Source of the DNA: a plasmid
DNA: 64,000 bases
NCBI RefSeq assembly: GCF_056712565.1
Contig: NZ_JBWXXM010000004.1
Reading direction: 5' to 3' (one strand)
The translations under genes and the position numbers were made by a program. The stretch's first letter is position 1. Each line of letters starts with the position of its first letter. Under the pieces are notes generated by a model. It worked only from the letters and a program-made list of their open reading frames with translations. It did not search any database and was not told where the DNA came from. Shown in pieces: positions 37,024-46,526 of the stretch.

Positions 37024-38067
37024 GTGAAAGCCGTAATTACTCCCTTTGTACAGAAAGAGCTTGGCCTCGCCACGTTCAAAGTGGATCAGGAGGTCAGAAA
37101 ACTGGTGGAGGCTGGCCGTAAATTTATCATGGAGCCGGTGCCGCGTGAGTTAATCGAGCACATGGAAGACGGCCTCGTTGTTACCGAGCAAACCATGGCA
37201 ACAAATGAGGCGTTGCAGCCGTTTTTTAACAGCGATGAACTGTTTCGCCGTATTGGTGGAATTGACGCGCTGGTGGCGTGGTTGCGTAGGAAAGAGGGTC
37301 AATGCCAGGCCGCAGATCGTAGTTGGTGTGACAACCATATTGTCCACGCTGAACGAGACAATAGCGCGGTGTTGTTGTGCTGGCATCACGATAACCATTA
37401 CCGGATGCGTGGTTTTAATGAGCTGAAAGAAACGCTGCACAATAATCGCGTTAACTGGATACTGGATGTCGCCCGTCAGGAAATGGGCCTTTCAAATAGC
37501 CATGATTTAAGTATTCAGGAGCTGTGCTGGTGGGCTTTCATGCGCAACATGATGCACCTGATGCCGGAAGAAGTCTGCCGCATATCAATAAATAAGATGA
37601 AGGCTACTCCGCAGGATAGCGGACCTCTGAAAGAGGCGGATATTCGCCCGTATGACGATCGCGCTACAGCATATGTTCAGATGATGGAAGAACGCGCCGC
37701 GCCGATGCGTGCAAAAGTATGCCCTGTGGATGTTGACTCCGACCCAGGTATGGCGCATTTCAAAATACCAAAACTTCAATCGCTAAAATTGCCCGAGTAC
37801 ATGGACTTTGTGGCTTCCCGTCCATGCTGTGGCTGTGGAGCTGCGGGAGCTGGCGCTCACATTACGCCTTATATCGTTCGTCATAGTCGATTATGCGCGC
37901 ATGACATTTATGCTATTCCTCTGTGCCAGTCATGCCAGCGTGATATTGAGCGTGACCGCGATAATTGGGAGAAGACGCACGGTAGGCTGGCGATGCATCA
38001 ACGATTGTTCTTTGATTACGCGCTTGGAGTCGGCGCTATCACAAGTCACTCGTCGAGCGTTAGATAA
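37024..38067 (+). CDS. pdcB: Cys-rich post-doc protein
   Basis: 347 aa with a GTG start; assigned by synteny. Confidence 0.55.
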   Translation: MKAVITPFVQKELGLATFKVDQEVRKLVEAGRKFIMEPVPRELIEHMEDGLVVTEQTMATNEALQPFFNSDELFRRIGGIDALVAWLRRKEGQCQAADRSWCDNHIVHAERDNSAVLLCWHHDNHYRMRGFNELKETLHNNRVNWILDVARQEMGLSNSHDLSIQELCWWAFMRNMMHLMPEEVCRISINKMKATPQDSGPLKEADIRPYDDRATAYVQMMEERAAPMRAKVCPVDVDSDPGMAHFKIPKLQSLKLPEYMDFVASRPCCGCGAAGAGAHITPYIVRHSRLCAHDIYAIPLCQSCQRDIERDRDNWEKTHGRLAMHQRLFFDYALGVGAITSHSSSVR

Positions 38068-38068
38068 A

Positions 38069-38085
38069 ATTGCTCTAATGTATTG
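38069..38085 (+). promoter_or_regulatory. C1 operator at the lpa promoter
   Basis: ATTGCTCTAATGTATTG, about 70 nt upstream of lpa. Confidence 0.65.
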
Positions 38086-38155
38086 CTATTTCTTTAATCG
38101 AGGGTATTATATTCCACGTTGATTAGTTGACATGGGCTAATCAGTAGGTGACAGG

Positions 38156-38608
38156 ATGTTACTTAACTGGCAGGGACGCCACTTCATGGAAATAAATCAC
38201 TCACGAATAACATCGTACGAGATTGCGGATTACATGATCCGCACTAAATCTCTTCTATCAGCGAAAGAACTCGCAGCAATTCTTGAAAAGGAATACCCGC
38301 ATCTGGATGTCGATAAGCGCGATGTTTATCTGCGCTTAAAGGCTATCGCTGTGTCTAAGTATTCGTCTGTTTTGATTGATGACAGTACACGCCCACGTAG
38401 ATTTCAGATCCACTCTCTGAATCCTGAATTCTTTCGCCGCAGCCGCGCTCCGCGCCGGTTTGATGAAAAACTCCAGAACGAACTCTATATGACGCAGGAC
38501 GAAAAGGAACGCCGGGAGCACCAGCCTTGGGTGATGGCGCGTCAACTTTTCAATAAGGTGGTCCGTCAGCACCGTCATTACGGTAATGCCACATCCGCAC
38601 GTATCTGA
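38156..38608 (+). CDS. lpa: Late promoter activator
   Basis: 150 aa. The position between pdcB and pacA, and the C1-operator-controlled promoter, match P1 gene 10/lpa. Confidence 0.75.
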   Translation: MLLNWQGRHFMEINHSRITSYEIADYMIRTKSLLSAKELAAILEKEYPHLDVDKRDVYLRLKAIAVSKYSSVLIDDSTRPRRFQIHSLNPEFFRRSRAPRRFDEKLQNELYMTQDEKERREHQPWVMARQLFNKVVRQHRHYGNATSARI

Positions 38609-38694
38609 TTGATTGCTTGCCCGTTCCGGGCCTTTTGACATGTGACTTTCGTTACCCTCGCGTCAAAAAGAGTTTTATACGAAAGGAAGCATAA

Positions 38695-39887
38695 GTGACC
38701 TGGGACGATCACAAGAAGAATTTTGCTCGCCTGGCGCGAGATGGTGGTTACACCATCGCACAATATGCCGCCGAGTTTAATCTCAACCCAAACACCGCAC
38801 GTCGTTATCTCCGTGCATTCAAAGAAGACACCGGAACAGCGGACAGCCGTAAGCCAAATAAGCCTGTCAGAAAACCACTAAAAAGCATGATCATTGATCA
38901 CGCTAATGATCAACGTGCAGGTGATCACATTGTGGCTGAAATGGCTGAAAAACAAAGAGTTAATGCTGTTGTCAGTGCCGCAGTCGAGAACGCGAAGCGC
39001 CAGAATAAGCGCATAAATGATCGTTCTGATGATCATGACGTGATCACCCGCGCCCACCGGACCTTACGTGATCGCCTGGAACGCGACACCCTGGATGATG
39101 ATGGTGAACGCTTTGAATTCGAAGCTGGCGATTACCTGATAGATAACGTTGAAGCGCGGAAGGCCGCGCGCGCTATGTTGCGTCGGTCCGGGGCTGATGT
39201 TCTGGAAACCACTCTTCTGGAAAAGTCTCTCTCTCATCTCCTTATGCTGGAGAACGCCAGGGATACGTGTATTCGCTTGGTTCAGGAAATGCGCGATCAG
39301 CAAAAAGACGATGATGAAGGAACTCCGCCTGAATACCGTATCGCGAGCATGCTAAACAGCTGTTCCGCGCAGATAAGCAGCCTGATCAACACCATTTACA
39401 GCATCCGGAATAACTATCGAAAAGAAAGCCGGGAGGCGGAAAAGCACGCTTTGTCTATGGGGCAAGCTGGCATTGTAAGCTGGCATACGAACGAAAGCGT
39501 GAAAACAACTGGTCAGTGCTGGAGGCAGCTGAATTCATCGAGGCGCATGGAGGGAAAGTACCGCCCCTGATGCTGGAGCAAATCAAAGCCGATCTGCGTG
39601 CTCCTAAGACCAATACCGATGATGAGGAAAGGCAAACAGCCGTCGGTGGCCCTTCTCTTGAAGATCTGGACAAAGTTGCGCGAGAACGGGCCGCCAACCG
39701 CCGCGCCGATGCCGCATTGTGGATTGAGCAGCGTAGGGAAGAAATCGCCGATATCGTTGATACAGGCGGTTATGGAGATGTTGATACTGAAGGTGTATCA
39801 AACGACCCATGGCTGGAACAAGACCTGGACGAAGACGAGGAGGAAGACGAAGAAGTTACCCGCAAGCTATACGGGGATGATGATTAA
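38695..39887 (+). pseudogene. pacA: Terminase small subunit / pac-cleavage protein PacA, reading frame broken near 39477
   Basis: 1193 nt is not a multiple of 3. Frame 1 (291 aa) ends at 39570, while the -1 frame is open from 39414 to 39887 and ends TAATG-coupled to pacB. The joined length would be 397 aa. Confidence 0.7.
38888..39046. other. pac: pac packaging site (4 + 3 TGATCA/G hexamers with Dam sites)
   Basis: TGATCA at 38888, 38895, 38907 and 38922. TGATCG at 39018, and TGATCA at 39030 and 39041. Confidence 0.88.
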
Positions 39888-41371
39888 TGGCCAGAAGTTG
39901 CGTAACGGATCCACGTTGGCGCGAGCTGGTGGCGCTATATCGTTATGACTGGATTGCTGCCGCTGATGTTTTGTTCGGCAAAACACCTACCTGGCAGCAG
40001 GATCTGATTATTGAGTCTGTGCAGGAACAGGGTAGCAAGACATCTGTTTCGTCTGGTCACGGTACCGGGAAATCAGACATGACTTCTATCATGATCATGT
40101 TGTTCATAATCATGTATCCAGGTGCCCGTGCCATTATCGTTGCGAACAAAATTCAGCAGGTAATGACCGGTATATTCAAGTACATCAAGATAAACTGGGC
40201 TACTGCCACCAGCCGTTTCCCATGGCTTGCTGATTATTTTGTTCTGACAGAAACCGCTTTCTATGAGATTACTGGTAAAGGTGTATGGACTGTAGTACCG
40301 AAGGGCTTTCGTCTGGGAAGTGAAGAAGCTCTCGCCGGTGAACACGCAGATCATCTTCTGTATATTATCGATGAAGCCTCCGGTGTCAGTGATAGAGCTT
40401 TCGGTATCATCACCGGTGCTCTTACCGGACAGGATAACCGCATCTTATTGCTGTCACAGCCTACACGCCCAAGCGGCTATTTCTACGATACACACCATAA
40501 ACTGGCCAAGCGTCCTGGTAACCCTGATGGCGTTTATACGGCGATCACGCTTAACAGTGAGGAATCACCGTTGGTAACGCCAGCATTTATCAAAATGAAG
40601 CTGGCGGAGTACGGCGGGCGTGATAACCCTATGTACATGATTAAGGTACGCGGCCTATTCCCTAAATCACAGGATGGCTTCCTTCTTGGACGTGATGAGG
40701 TTGAACGTGCGACGCGGCGGAAAGTCAAGATTGCCAAAGGATGGGGCTGGCTTGCATGTGTGGACGTTGCTGGTGGTACGGGACGGGATAAGTCCGTTAT
40801 CAATATCATGATGGTGTCCGGCCAGAGAAATAAACGCCGTGTAATCAACTATCGAATGCTGGAATACACAGACGTTACAGAAACGCAGCTTGCCGCCAAA
40901 ATTTTCGCAGAATGTAATCCTGAGCGATTCCCAAATATCACCATAGCGATAGACGGCGATGGGCTGGGTAAAGCAACGGCGGATCTGATGTACGAGTATT
41001 ATGGTATTACCGTACAGCGTATACGCTGGGGTAAAAAGATGCATAGCCGTGAAGATAAGAGCCTGTACTTTGATAAACGTGCTTATGCCAACGTTCAAGC
41101 CGCAGAGGCCGTAAAATCTGGTCGTATGAGACTGGATAAGGGTAATGAAACTATTGAGGAAGCGTCGAAAATCCCTGTAGGGATTAACTCCGCAGGTCAA
41201 TGGAAGGTGATGAGTAAGGAGGATATGAAGAAAAAACTCAACCTGCACTCACCAGACCATTGGGATACATATTGTTTCGCTATGCTGGCGGATTATGTTC
41301 CCCAGGATGAAGTGCTTAGCGTCGAAGACGAAGCGCAGGTTGATGAAGCTCTGGCATGGCTTAATGAATAA
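39887..41371 (+). CDS. pacB: Terminase large subunit PacB
   Basis: 494 aa with a Walker A-like SSGHGTGKS and a terminase-like nuclease C-terminal half. Confidence 0.88.
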   Translation: MARSCVTDPRWRELVALYRYDWIAAADVLFGKTPTWQQDLIIESVQEQGSKTSVSSGHGTGKSDMTSIMIMLFIIMYPGARAIIVANKIQQVMTGIFKYIKINWATATSRFPWLADYFVLTETAFYEITGKGVWTVVPKGFRLGSEEALAGEHADHLLYIIDEASGVSDRAFGIITGALTGQDNRILLLSQPTRPSGYFYDTHHKLAKRPGNPDGVYTAITLNSEESPLVTPAFIKMKLAEYGGRDNPMYMIKVRGLFPKSQDGFLLGRDEVERATRRKVKIAKGWGWLACVDVAGGTGRDKSVINIMMVSGQRNKRRVINYRMLEYTDVTETQLAAKIFAECNPERFPNITIAIDGDGLGKATADLMYEYYGITVQRIRWGKKMHSREDKSLYFDKRAYANVQAAEAVKSGRMRLDKGNETIEEASKIPVGINSAGQWKVMSKEDMKKKLNLHSPDHWDTYCFAMLADYVPQDEVLSVEDEAQVDEALAWLNE

Positions 41372-41395
41372 CTCATTGACCATGCCGGATGGAAA

Positions 41396-42247
41396 CTATT
41401 GCGCGCTTTCGGGGTTGTCGTTTACTGGCTGCCCTTTCTTAGTTTTACGGCTGCGCGTAACTGATGCGGCTGATTTGACCTTTTTCTCTTCGCGAGTGAT
41501 GGCAATTTGTTTTTTTACATTTTCAATATCTGCCAGGCGATATATTTTTGCCTGCGGCCAGCGGTCGCAGATGATCGGTTCTATAGAGTCATAAAGGCTA
41601 AATTTTGCTTTCTCGAATTCACCGTTGATGATAATTCCATCACGGAGAGTTTCATCGCAGATAAACACACCACATAGCGGCACATGGTAACTAACTGATT
41701 TACCATCATTGTAGTTAGGGCTACTAGAAATGTAATGGACGCGCAGCATTGTTTCGCTAAAGCCGTGTACGCGCATACGGAATTTTTCATCCTCCGGGTA
41801 CTGCTTCATTAGCTCTTTTGTTGCTTCCAGGTTCTCTATGTATTTCGCACTGTGCTCATTGATCCCTGCGCTTTTCTGGATGCGAATGTCCTTATCAATC
41901 AGATGAATAATGCGGCCAGCGGTCATGTTGACGCTGTTCACAGCTTCTGTCTGATAAGTCGTAACCTTACGCACACCGCGAAGGATGTTAGGTACTGGAT
42001 ATAAAATAGTCTTTGGGATATTGAGGTCTGGGTACTGTTCCAGTTCCCGCGCCATTAAAGTCCATTTATCAATTTCAGCCTGAATGCTGTCAGTTTCTTT
42101 GAACGGCAGAACGACAACCGGGCGTACAGGACGACCGTCGCTGGCGGCATCAACGTGTTGGGCGCGTGCAACAGCTTTTTTTAGAAAGAGATCCCTGAAG
42201 CTGACGAACTCCTGGTACAGTTGTTCGCCGTAGACATAATTTATCAT
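41396..42247 (-). CDS. c1: C1 repressor of lytic functions
   Basis: 283 aa, starting MINYVYGEQLYQEFVSFRDLF..; recognised as P1 C1. Confidence 0.93.
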   Translation of the reverse strand: MINYVYGEQLYQEFVSFRDLFLKKAVARAQHVDAASDGRPVRPVVVLPFKETDSIQAEIDKWTLMARELEQYPDLNIPKTILYPVPNILRGVRKVTTYQTEAVNSVNMTAGRIIHLIDKDIRIQKSAGINEHSAKYIENLEATKELMKQYPEDEKFRMRVHGFSETMLRVHYISSSPNYNDGKSVSYHVPLCGVFICDETLRDGIIINGEFEKAKFSLYDSIEPIICDRWPQAKIYRLADIENVKKQIAITREEKKVKSAASVTRSRKTKKGQPVNDNPESAQ

Positions 42248-42341
42248 TGATCCTCCTCCAGAATTGACATGGCCAACAACTCACAGCGGATTACACTGGG
42301 AGTTGTTGGCCACCATTATAGAAGGATCCAACGAAAATAAT

Positions 42342-42358
42342 AGATTTATTAGTGCATT
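42342..42358 (-). promoter_or_regulatory. C1 operator-like site between coi and c1
   Basis: AGATTTATTAGTGCATT has 3 mismatches to the reverse-complemented consensus. Confidence 0.5.
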
Positions 42359-42567
42359 TATTGTGAGTCTGGCTGGTTAGTGGCCATGAGATATTCGATT
42401 GTGTCAGTGAGATCATCCAGGTCGTCTTGGGTGATGCGGTACTCCTGATTGGATATCTTTGAGTAGTGTTCAGCAATGGCGCGGGCAGCGTCGGTTTCGG
42501 CGGGGTCTACAGATAAAGCGTTAGAGCAATGTCTAACGTCGTCGATGGTTGGTGGAATGAAAGCCAT
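42358..42567 (-). CDS. coi: C1 inactivator Coi
   Basis: 69 aa, directly upstream of c1. Confidence 0.8.
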   Translation of the reverse strand: MAFIPPTIDDVRHCSNALSVDPAETDAARAIAEHYSKISNQEYRITQDDLDDLTDTIEYLMATNQPDSQ

Positions 42568-42646
42568 AATTATGCCTCACTGTATTGACAACACAGAGCC
42601 TGAAGCTCTGACCTACTGTTTCACCCATGATCCATGCTGGGGTAAT

Positions 42647-42724
42647 CTAACAACATTGCGCTGTGTGTAAGATGAGCAATGCATAGCTGTAATGCCGTTG
42701 TATAAGGTTTCCCTGTTTGCTCAT
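42647..42724 (-). CDS. 25-aa upstream ORF in the immC leader (imcB-like)
   Basis: MSKQGNLIQRHYSYALLILHTAQCC. Hand-translated, and the identity is uncertain. Confidence 0.25.
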   Translation of the reverse strand: MSKQGNLIQRHYSYALLILHTAQCC

Positions 42725-42805
42725 TTCCTTCTGAGCCGCTCTACAACGCTGAAGACACATTAAATAGTGAATCCAAAGTCGTATTACGAAACGGCGGCAA
42801 AACTA

Positions 42806-42822
42806 TAATTTATTAGAGCAAT
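42806..42822 (-). promoter_or_regulatory. C1 operator (Op99 cluster)
   Basis: Reverse complement ATTGCTCTAATAAATTA has 1 mismatch. Confidence 0.75.
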
Positions 42823-42888
42823 TGTCAAACAACTATGAAAAACAATCCAGTTTTTGGCTGGTGGAGTGGGATTTTTCTCTCAAAATTT

Positions 42889-42905
42889 ATTGCTCTAATA
42901 ATTCT
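42889..42905 (+). promoter_or_regulatory. C1 operator (Op99 cluster)
   Basis: ATTGCTCTAATAATTCT. Confidence 0.7.
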
Positions 42906-42948
42906 TGATTTTTATGCACAGCTGGACGTAAACTCCTCTTCAGACCTA

Positions 42949-42982
42949 ATAACTTCGTATAGCATACATTATACGAAGTTAT
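42949..42982 (+). other. loxP: loxP site
   Basis: Exact match to ATAACTTCGTATAGCATACATTATACGAAGTTAT. Confidence 0.99.
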
Positions 42983-43171
42983 CTTAAGGGTTATTGAACA
43001 TGATCAATTTACCTGTAAATCCATACAGTTCAATACCTTATCAGGTCAAATAGTGATCACTTGATCATTTGATCAAGGTTGCGCTACGTAAAATCTGTGA
43101 AATGTTGGCAGTGTTAGTGCTCCAGATTTCGCGTAGCGCACTTAGCACCACCAATCAATCAGAGGTGAAAA

Positions 43172-43393
43172 ATGGGATATTCAGCTGCTAAAGTGTCCAC
43201 TCATATTGAGCTTGAGAAAAACCGTGGTTACTGGCGGGCAAAAGGGTTTGATCGTGATAGTTGTCAACTGTCATTATCGCGCGGTGAAGAGAAAATAGAA
43301 CGCACGCGCGGTCGCTGGCGTTTCTATGACGAGAACCATAAACAGGTAAAGGCAGAGCCGATCCTGTACACTTTACTTAAAACCATTATCTGA
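43172..43393 (+). CDS. 73-aa protein upstream of cre
   Basis: Strong RBS AGAGGTGAAAAATG. The ORF ends 8 nt before cre. Confidence 0.6.
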   Translation: MGYSAAKVSTHIELEKNRGYWRAKGFDRDSCQLSLSRGEEKIERTRGRWRFYDENHKQVKAEPILYTLLKTII

Positions 43394-43400
43394 GTGTTAA

Positions 43401-44432
43401 ATGTCCAATTTACTGACCGTACACCAAAATTTGCCTGCATTACCGGTCGATGCAACGAGTGATGAGGTTCGCAAGAACCTGATGGACATGTTCAGGGATC
43501 GCCAGGCGTTTTCTGAGCATACCTGGAAAATGCTTCTGTCCGTTTGCCGATCGTGGGCGGCATGGTGCAAGTTGAATAACCGGAAATGGTTTCCCGCAGA
43601 ACCTGAAGATGTTCGCGATTATCTTCTATATCTTCAGGCGCGCGGTCTGGCAGTAAAAACTATCCAGCAACATTTGGGCCAGCTAAACATGCTTCATCGT
43701 CGGTCCGGGCTGCCACGACCAAGTGACAGTAATGCTGTTTCACTGGTCATGCGACGGATCCGAAAAGAAAACGTTGATGCCGGTGAACGTGCAAAACAGG
43801 CACTGGCGTTCGAACGCACTGATTTCGACCAGGTTCGTTCACTCATGGAAAATAGCGATCGCTGCCAGGATATACGTAATCTGGCATTTCTGGGGATTGC
43901 TTATAACACCCTATTACGTATAGCCGAAATTGCCAGGATCAGGGTTAAAGATATCTCACGTACTGACGGTGGGAGAATGTTAATCCATATTGGCAGAACG
44001 AAAACGCTGGTTAGCACCGCAGGTGTAGAGAAGGCACTTAGCCTGGGGGTAACTAAACTGGTCGAGCGATGGATTTCTGTCTCTGGTGTGGCTGATGATC
44101 CGAATAACTACTTGTTTTGCCGTGTCAGAAAAAATGGTGTTGCCGCGCCATCTGCCACCAGCCAGCTATCAACTCGCGCCCTGGAAGGGATTTTTGAAGC
44201 AACTCATCGATTGATTTACGGCGCTAAGGATGACTCTGGTCAGAGATACCTGGCCTGGTCTGGACACAGTGCCCGTGTCGGAGCCGCGCGAGATATGGCC
44301 CGCGCCGGAGTTTCAATACCGGAGATCATGCAAGCTGGTGGCTGGACCAACGTAAATATTGTCATGAACTATATCCGTAACCTGGATAGTGAAACGGGGG
44401 CAATGGTGCGCCTGCTGGAAGATGGCGATTAG
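43401..44432 (+). CDS. cre: Cre tyrosine recombinase
   Basis: MSNLLTVHQNLPALPVDATSDEVRKNLMDMFRDRQAFSEHTWKMLLSVCRSWAAWCKLNNRKWFPAEPEDVRDYLLYLQARGLAVKTIQQHLGQLNMLHRRSGLPRPSDSNAVSLVMRRIRKENVDAGERAKQALAFERTDFDQVRSLMENSDRCQDIRNLAFLGIAYNTLLRIAEIARIRVKDISRTDGGRMLIHIGRTKTLVSTAGVEKALSLGVTKLVERWISVSGVADDPNNYLFCRVRKNGVAAPSATSQLSTRALEGIFEATHRLIYGAKDDSGQRYLAWSGHSARVGAARDMARAGVSIPEIMQAGGWTNVNIVMNYIRNLDSETGAMVRLLEDGD is recognised as Cre (343 aa). Confidence 0.99.
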   Translation: MSNLLTVHQNLPALPVDATSDEVRKNLMDMFRDRQAFSEHTWKMLLSVCRSWAAWCKLNNRKWFPAEPEDVRDYLLYLQARGLAVKTIQQHLGQLNMLHRRSGLPRPSDSNAVSLVMRRIRKENVDAGERAKQALAFERTDFDQVRSLMENSDRCQDIRNLAFLGIAYNTLLRIAEIARIRVKDISRTDGGRMLIHIGRTKTLVSTAGVEKALSLGVTKLVERWISVSGVADDPNNYLFCRVRKNGVAAPSATSQLSTRALEGIFEATHRLIYGAKDDSGQRYLAWSGHSARVGAARDMARAGVSIPEIMQAGGWTNVNIVMNYIRNLDSETGAMVRLLEDGD

Positions 44433-44449
44433 CCGTTCATTTGCGCTTG

Positions 44450-44466
44450 ATTGCTCTAATTATTTG
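44450..44466 (+). promoter_or_regulatory. C1 operator
   Basis: ATTGCTCTAATTATTTG, downstream of the cre stop codon. Confidence 0.65.
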
Positions 44467-44482
44467 ATATTTATGGTGACGC

Positions 44483-44794
44483 ATGCGGAAGGATTTCAAA
44501 ATAGACGGAAAATATGTGGTGCTGTCTGTAAGCTCTCAAATTCAGTCACCATCTGTCATTGTCACCGTAAAGTTGAGCGATAGGATGCCTGATATCGACT
44601 CGATATCTGTTGCGTTCCCCGTTAAAAGCATGCGGAGTGCTGAACATTTTGTGATGAATGCAACGGAGGAGGAAGCGCGGCGCGGGCTTACTAGAGTGAT
44701 GGTGGAATTTGGCGAACTCCTGGGTAAGGTAAACAATGCCCTTTCAATCAGTTCAGCAAGATCCAAAGCGTTAACAGCTTCCATGATGAAATAA
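44483..44794 (+). CDS. cra: Cre-associated small protein
   Basis: 103 aa; assigned by synteny. Confidence 0.55.
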   Translation: MRKDFKIDGKYVVLSVSSQIQSPSVIVTVKLSDRMPDIDSISVAFPVKSMRSAEHFVMNATEEEARRGLTRVMVEFGELLGKVNNALSISSARSKALTASMMK

Positions 44795-44925
44795 AAAAAG
44801 CCTGGCAAGGAGCCAGGCTGCACAAAAGAGCGGGTTTGTATTCCGCATCCAATCAATCAAGAAGGAGTATAGCACACAGGTACTGAAGTGAAAAAATGTG
44901 ATTCGCGATTAACAAAATATCTGCC

Positions 44926-44949
44926 ATTGCTCTAATTGATTGCTATAAT
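44926..44949 (+). promoter_or_regulatory. C1 operator overlapping the ref promoter (-10 TATAAT at 44944-44949)
   Basis: ATTGCTCTAATTGATTGCTATAAT. Confidence 0.7.
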
Positions 44950-45009
44950 TAAGCCGCAGTTTTTGTCAACTACGAAGACGTTGCCATTACTTAACTCCTT
45001 GACATCATT

Positions 45010-45036
45010 GGCGGCCATTAGGCCGCCTTTTTTTTT
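45010..45036 (+). terminator. Strong intrinsic terminator 5 nt upstream of the ref ATG
   Basis: GGCGGCC-ATTA-GGCCGCC followed by T9. Confidence 0.75.
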
Positions 45037-45041
45037 GCCAT

Positions 45042-45602
45042 ATGAAAACAATCGAACAAAAACTTGAACAGCGCCGCGAGTGGCAGAAGGCAGCCAGAGA
45101 ACGAGCGATCGCTCGGCAACGGGAAAAGTTGGCTGACCCCGCCTGGCGAGAATCGCAATATCAGAAAATGCGGGATTCTATCGACCGCCGTATCGCTAAA
45201 CAGAAAGAGCGCCCACCAGCCAGCAAAACGCGGAAAAGTGCGGTAAAGATAAAATCTCGTGGCTTGAAGGGGCGAACATCGACAGCGGAGGAACGGAGCA
45301 TCGCCAATGCTCTTGGCGCTCTCCCCTGCATTGCCTGCTACATGCATGGAGTAATATCTGAAGAGGTATCTCTGCACCATATCTCCGGTCGTACCGCGCC
45401 GGGTTGTCACAAAAAGCAATTGCCCCTTTGTAGATGGCACCACCAGCATGCAGCACCGGCTGAAGTAAGAGAAAAATACCCCTGGCTGGTCCCTGTTCAT
45501 GCCGATGGTGTGGTTGGAGGCAAGAAAGAATTCACCTTGCTGAACAAGTCAGAGATGGAGTTGCTGGCTGACGCCTATGAGATGGCAAACATCATGCACT
45601 AA
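45042..45602 (+). CDS. ref: Recombination enhancement function (HNH endonuclease)
   Basis: 186 aa with a basic N-terminus and a C-terminal HNH-like region (CIACY..HH..H). Confidence 0.9.
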   Translation: MKTIEQKLEQRREWQKAARERAIARQREKLADPAWRESQYQKMRDSIDRRIAKQKERPPASKTRKSAVKIKSRGLKGRTSTAEERSIANALGALPCIACYMHGVISEEVSLHHISGRTAPGCHKKQLPLCRWHHQHAAPAEVREKYPWLVPVHADGVVGGKKEFTLLNKSEMELLADAYEMANIMH

Positions 45603-45639
45603 TAAATATATTATTTTTAATCTGAAATAATTGACAACT

Positions 45640-45649
45640 GACAAGTGAC
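45640..45649 (+). promoter_or_regulatory. Late-promoter-like box (GACAAGTGAC)
   Basis: TTGACAACTGACAAGTGACTTCAGTCAGAAT, upstream of mat. Confidence 0.4.
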
Positions 45650-45751
45650 TTCAGTCAGAATCATCACATGCCCGGTACGGATGGATCCCTTTTCAAATAT
45701 TCCATGGACGGCACAGTCTGAGTACCGGGCGCTACCTTCAGTTGTATTGCT

Positions 45752-45779
45752 AAGCCGCCGCTGGTGGCTTTTCTTTTTT
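45752..45779 (+). terminator. Terminator-like hairpin and T-run 13 nt upstream of the mat ATG
   Basis: AAGCCGCC-GCT-GGTGGCTT followed by TTCTTTTTT. Confidence 0.5.
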
Positions 45780-45791
45780 GTAGGGGGCGCT

Positions 45792-46433
45792 ATGGATAAG
45801 AAAATATGCGTTGTTTCGATGAGCGTCGGCAAACCGGCGTCAATGACTGCTGCATGGATCAACAATGAGCTAATAATGGCTGAGCGGACCAGCTACCCTG
45901 AACGCCGCCGCGATATGGAACTCCAGCTGCTGCGCGAATTGCGAGAAAAAGAGGAAAAGGGTTTTATCGTGCTGGTGGAAGAGGAAAACAGCTTTATTAC
46001 TGGTCGAGTTGGCCAGCGTGTAAGGTTGCGCGATCCCTTCATGAACGGCAGGCCGGTACTAATTGAGGCAATGCAGATTTATAAGGAGCTGGAACGCCAG
46101 AAAGCAATCAAGTTACCGCGCAAGGAATCCGGCAAATACATTCTCCACCAAAGCATCTTCGATTCCGAACACGATAAAAAAGGCGATGAGTTTTTCAACA
46201 TCAACTGGAGCGAAATAACGACAGAGCATGTTCTGACGTTGTTATGCTGCTTCGCAACAGAATACAACAACGTGGTAAGCGCAGACTACATCAGGGCAAT
46301 GGCTGGAGAAGTTGAGGCCCGCCAAGAACCATCGTTACTAAGTCCACTGATTAACATAATTCTGGGCACCCAGATACTGGAACAAAAAAAAGTGCCGAAA
46401 GGGGTATTAACAGGCAAGCATAATTATTTTTAA
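45792..46433 (+). CDS. mat: Particle maturation protein
   Basis: ATG at 45792 follows TAGGGGG; the ORF track extends upstream to 45645. Assigned by synteny after ref. Confidence 0.65.
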   Translation: MDKKICVVSMSVGKPASMTAAWINNELIMAERTSYPERRRDMELQLLRELREKEEKGFIVLVEEENSFITGRVGQRVRLRDPFMNGRPVLIEAMQIYKELERQKAIKLPRKESGKYILHQSIFDSEHDKKGDEFFNINWSEITTEHVLTLLCCFATEYNNVVSADYIRAMAGEVEARQEPSLLSPLINIILGTQILEQKKVPKGVLTGKHNYF

Positions 46434-46526
46434 CAATTACATACAGTAATTTTGTGGTTACATTCTCCATTGATTTTCTAACCGCTTTATCATTAGATGT
46501 AACAGCATGTAAATCATTTAAAATGG

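Noticed and set aside
39516-39887. The 123-aa ORF as an independent gene between pacA and pacB
   Set aside because: Its frame is open well upstream of the nominal GTG, and it reads as the natural continuation of PacA. Its stop is coupled to pacB. It is better explained as the frameshifted C-terminus of pacA.
44800-44822. Hairpin GCCTGGC-AAGGA-GCCAGGC after cra as a plus-strand terminator
   Set aside because: The T-run lies on the minus-strand side (A7 precedes the stem on the plus strand), and no convincing minus-strand gene ends here. I left it unannotated because its function is ambiguous.
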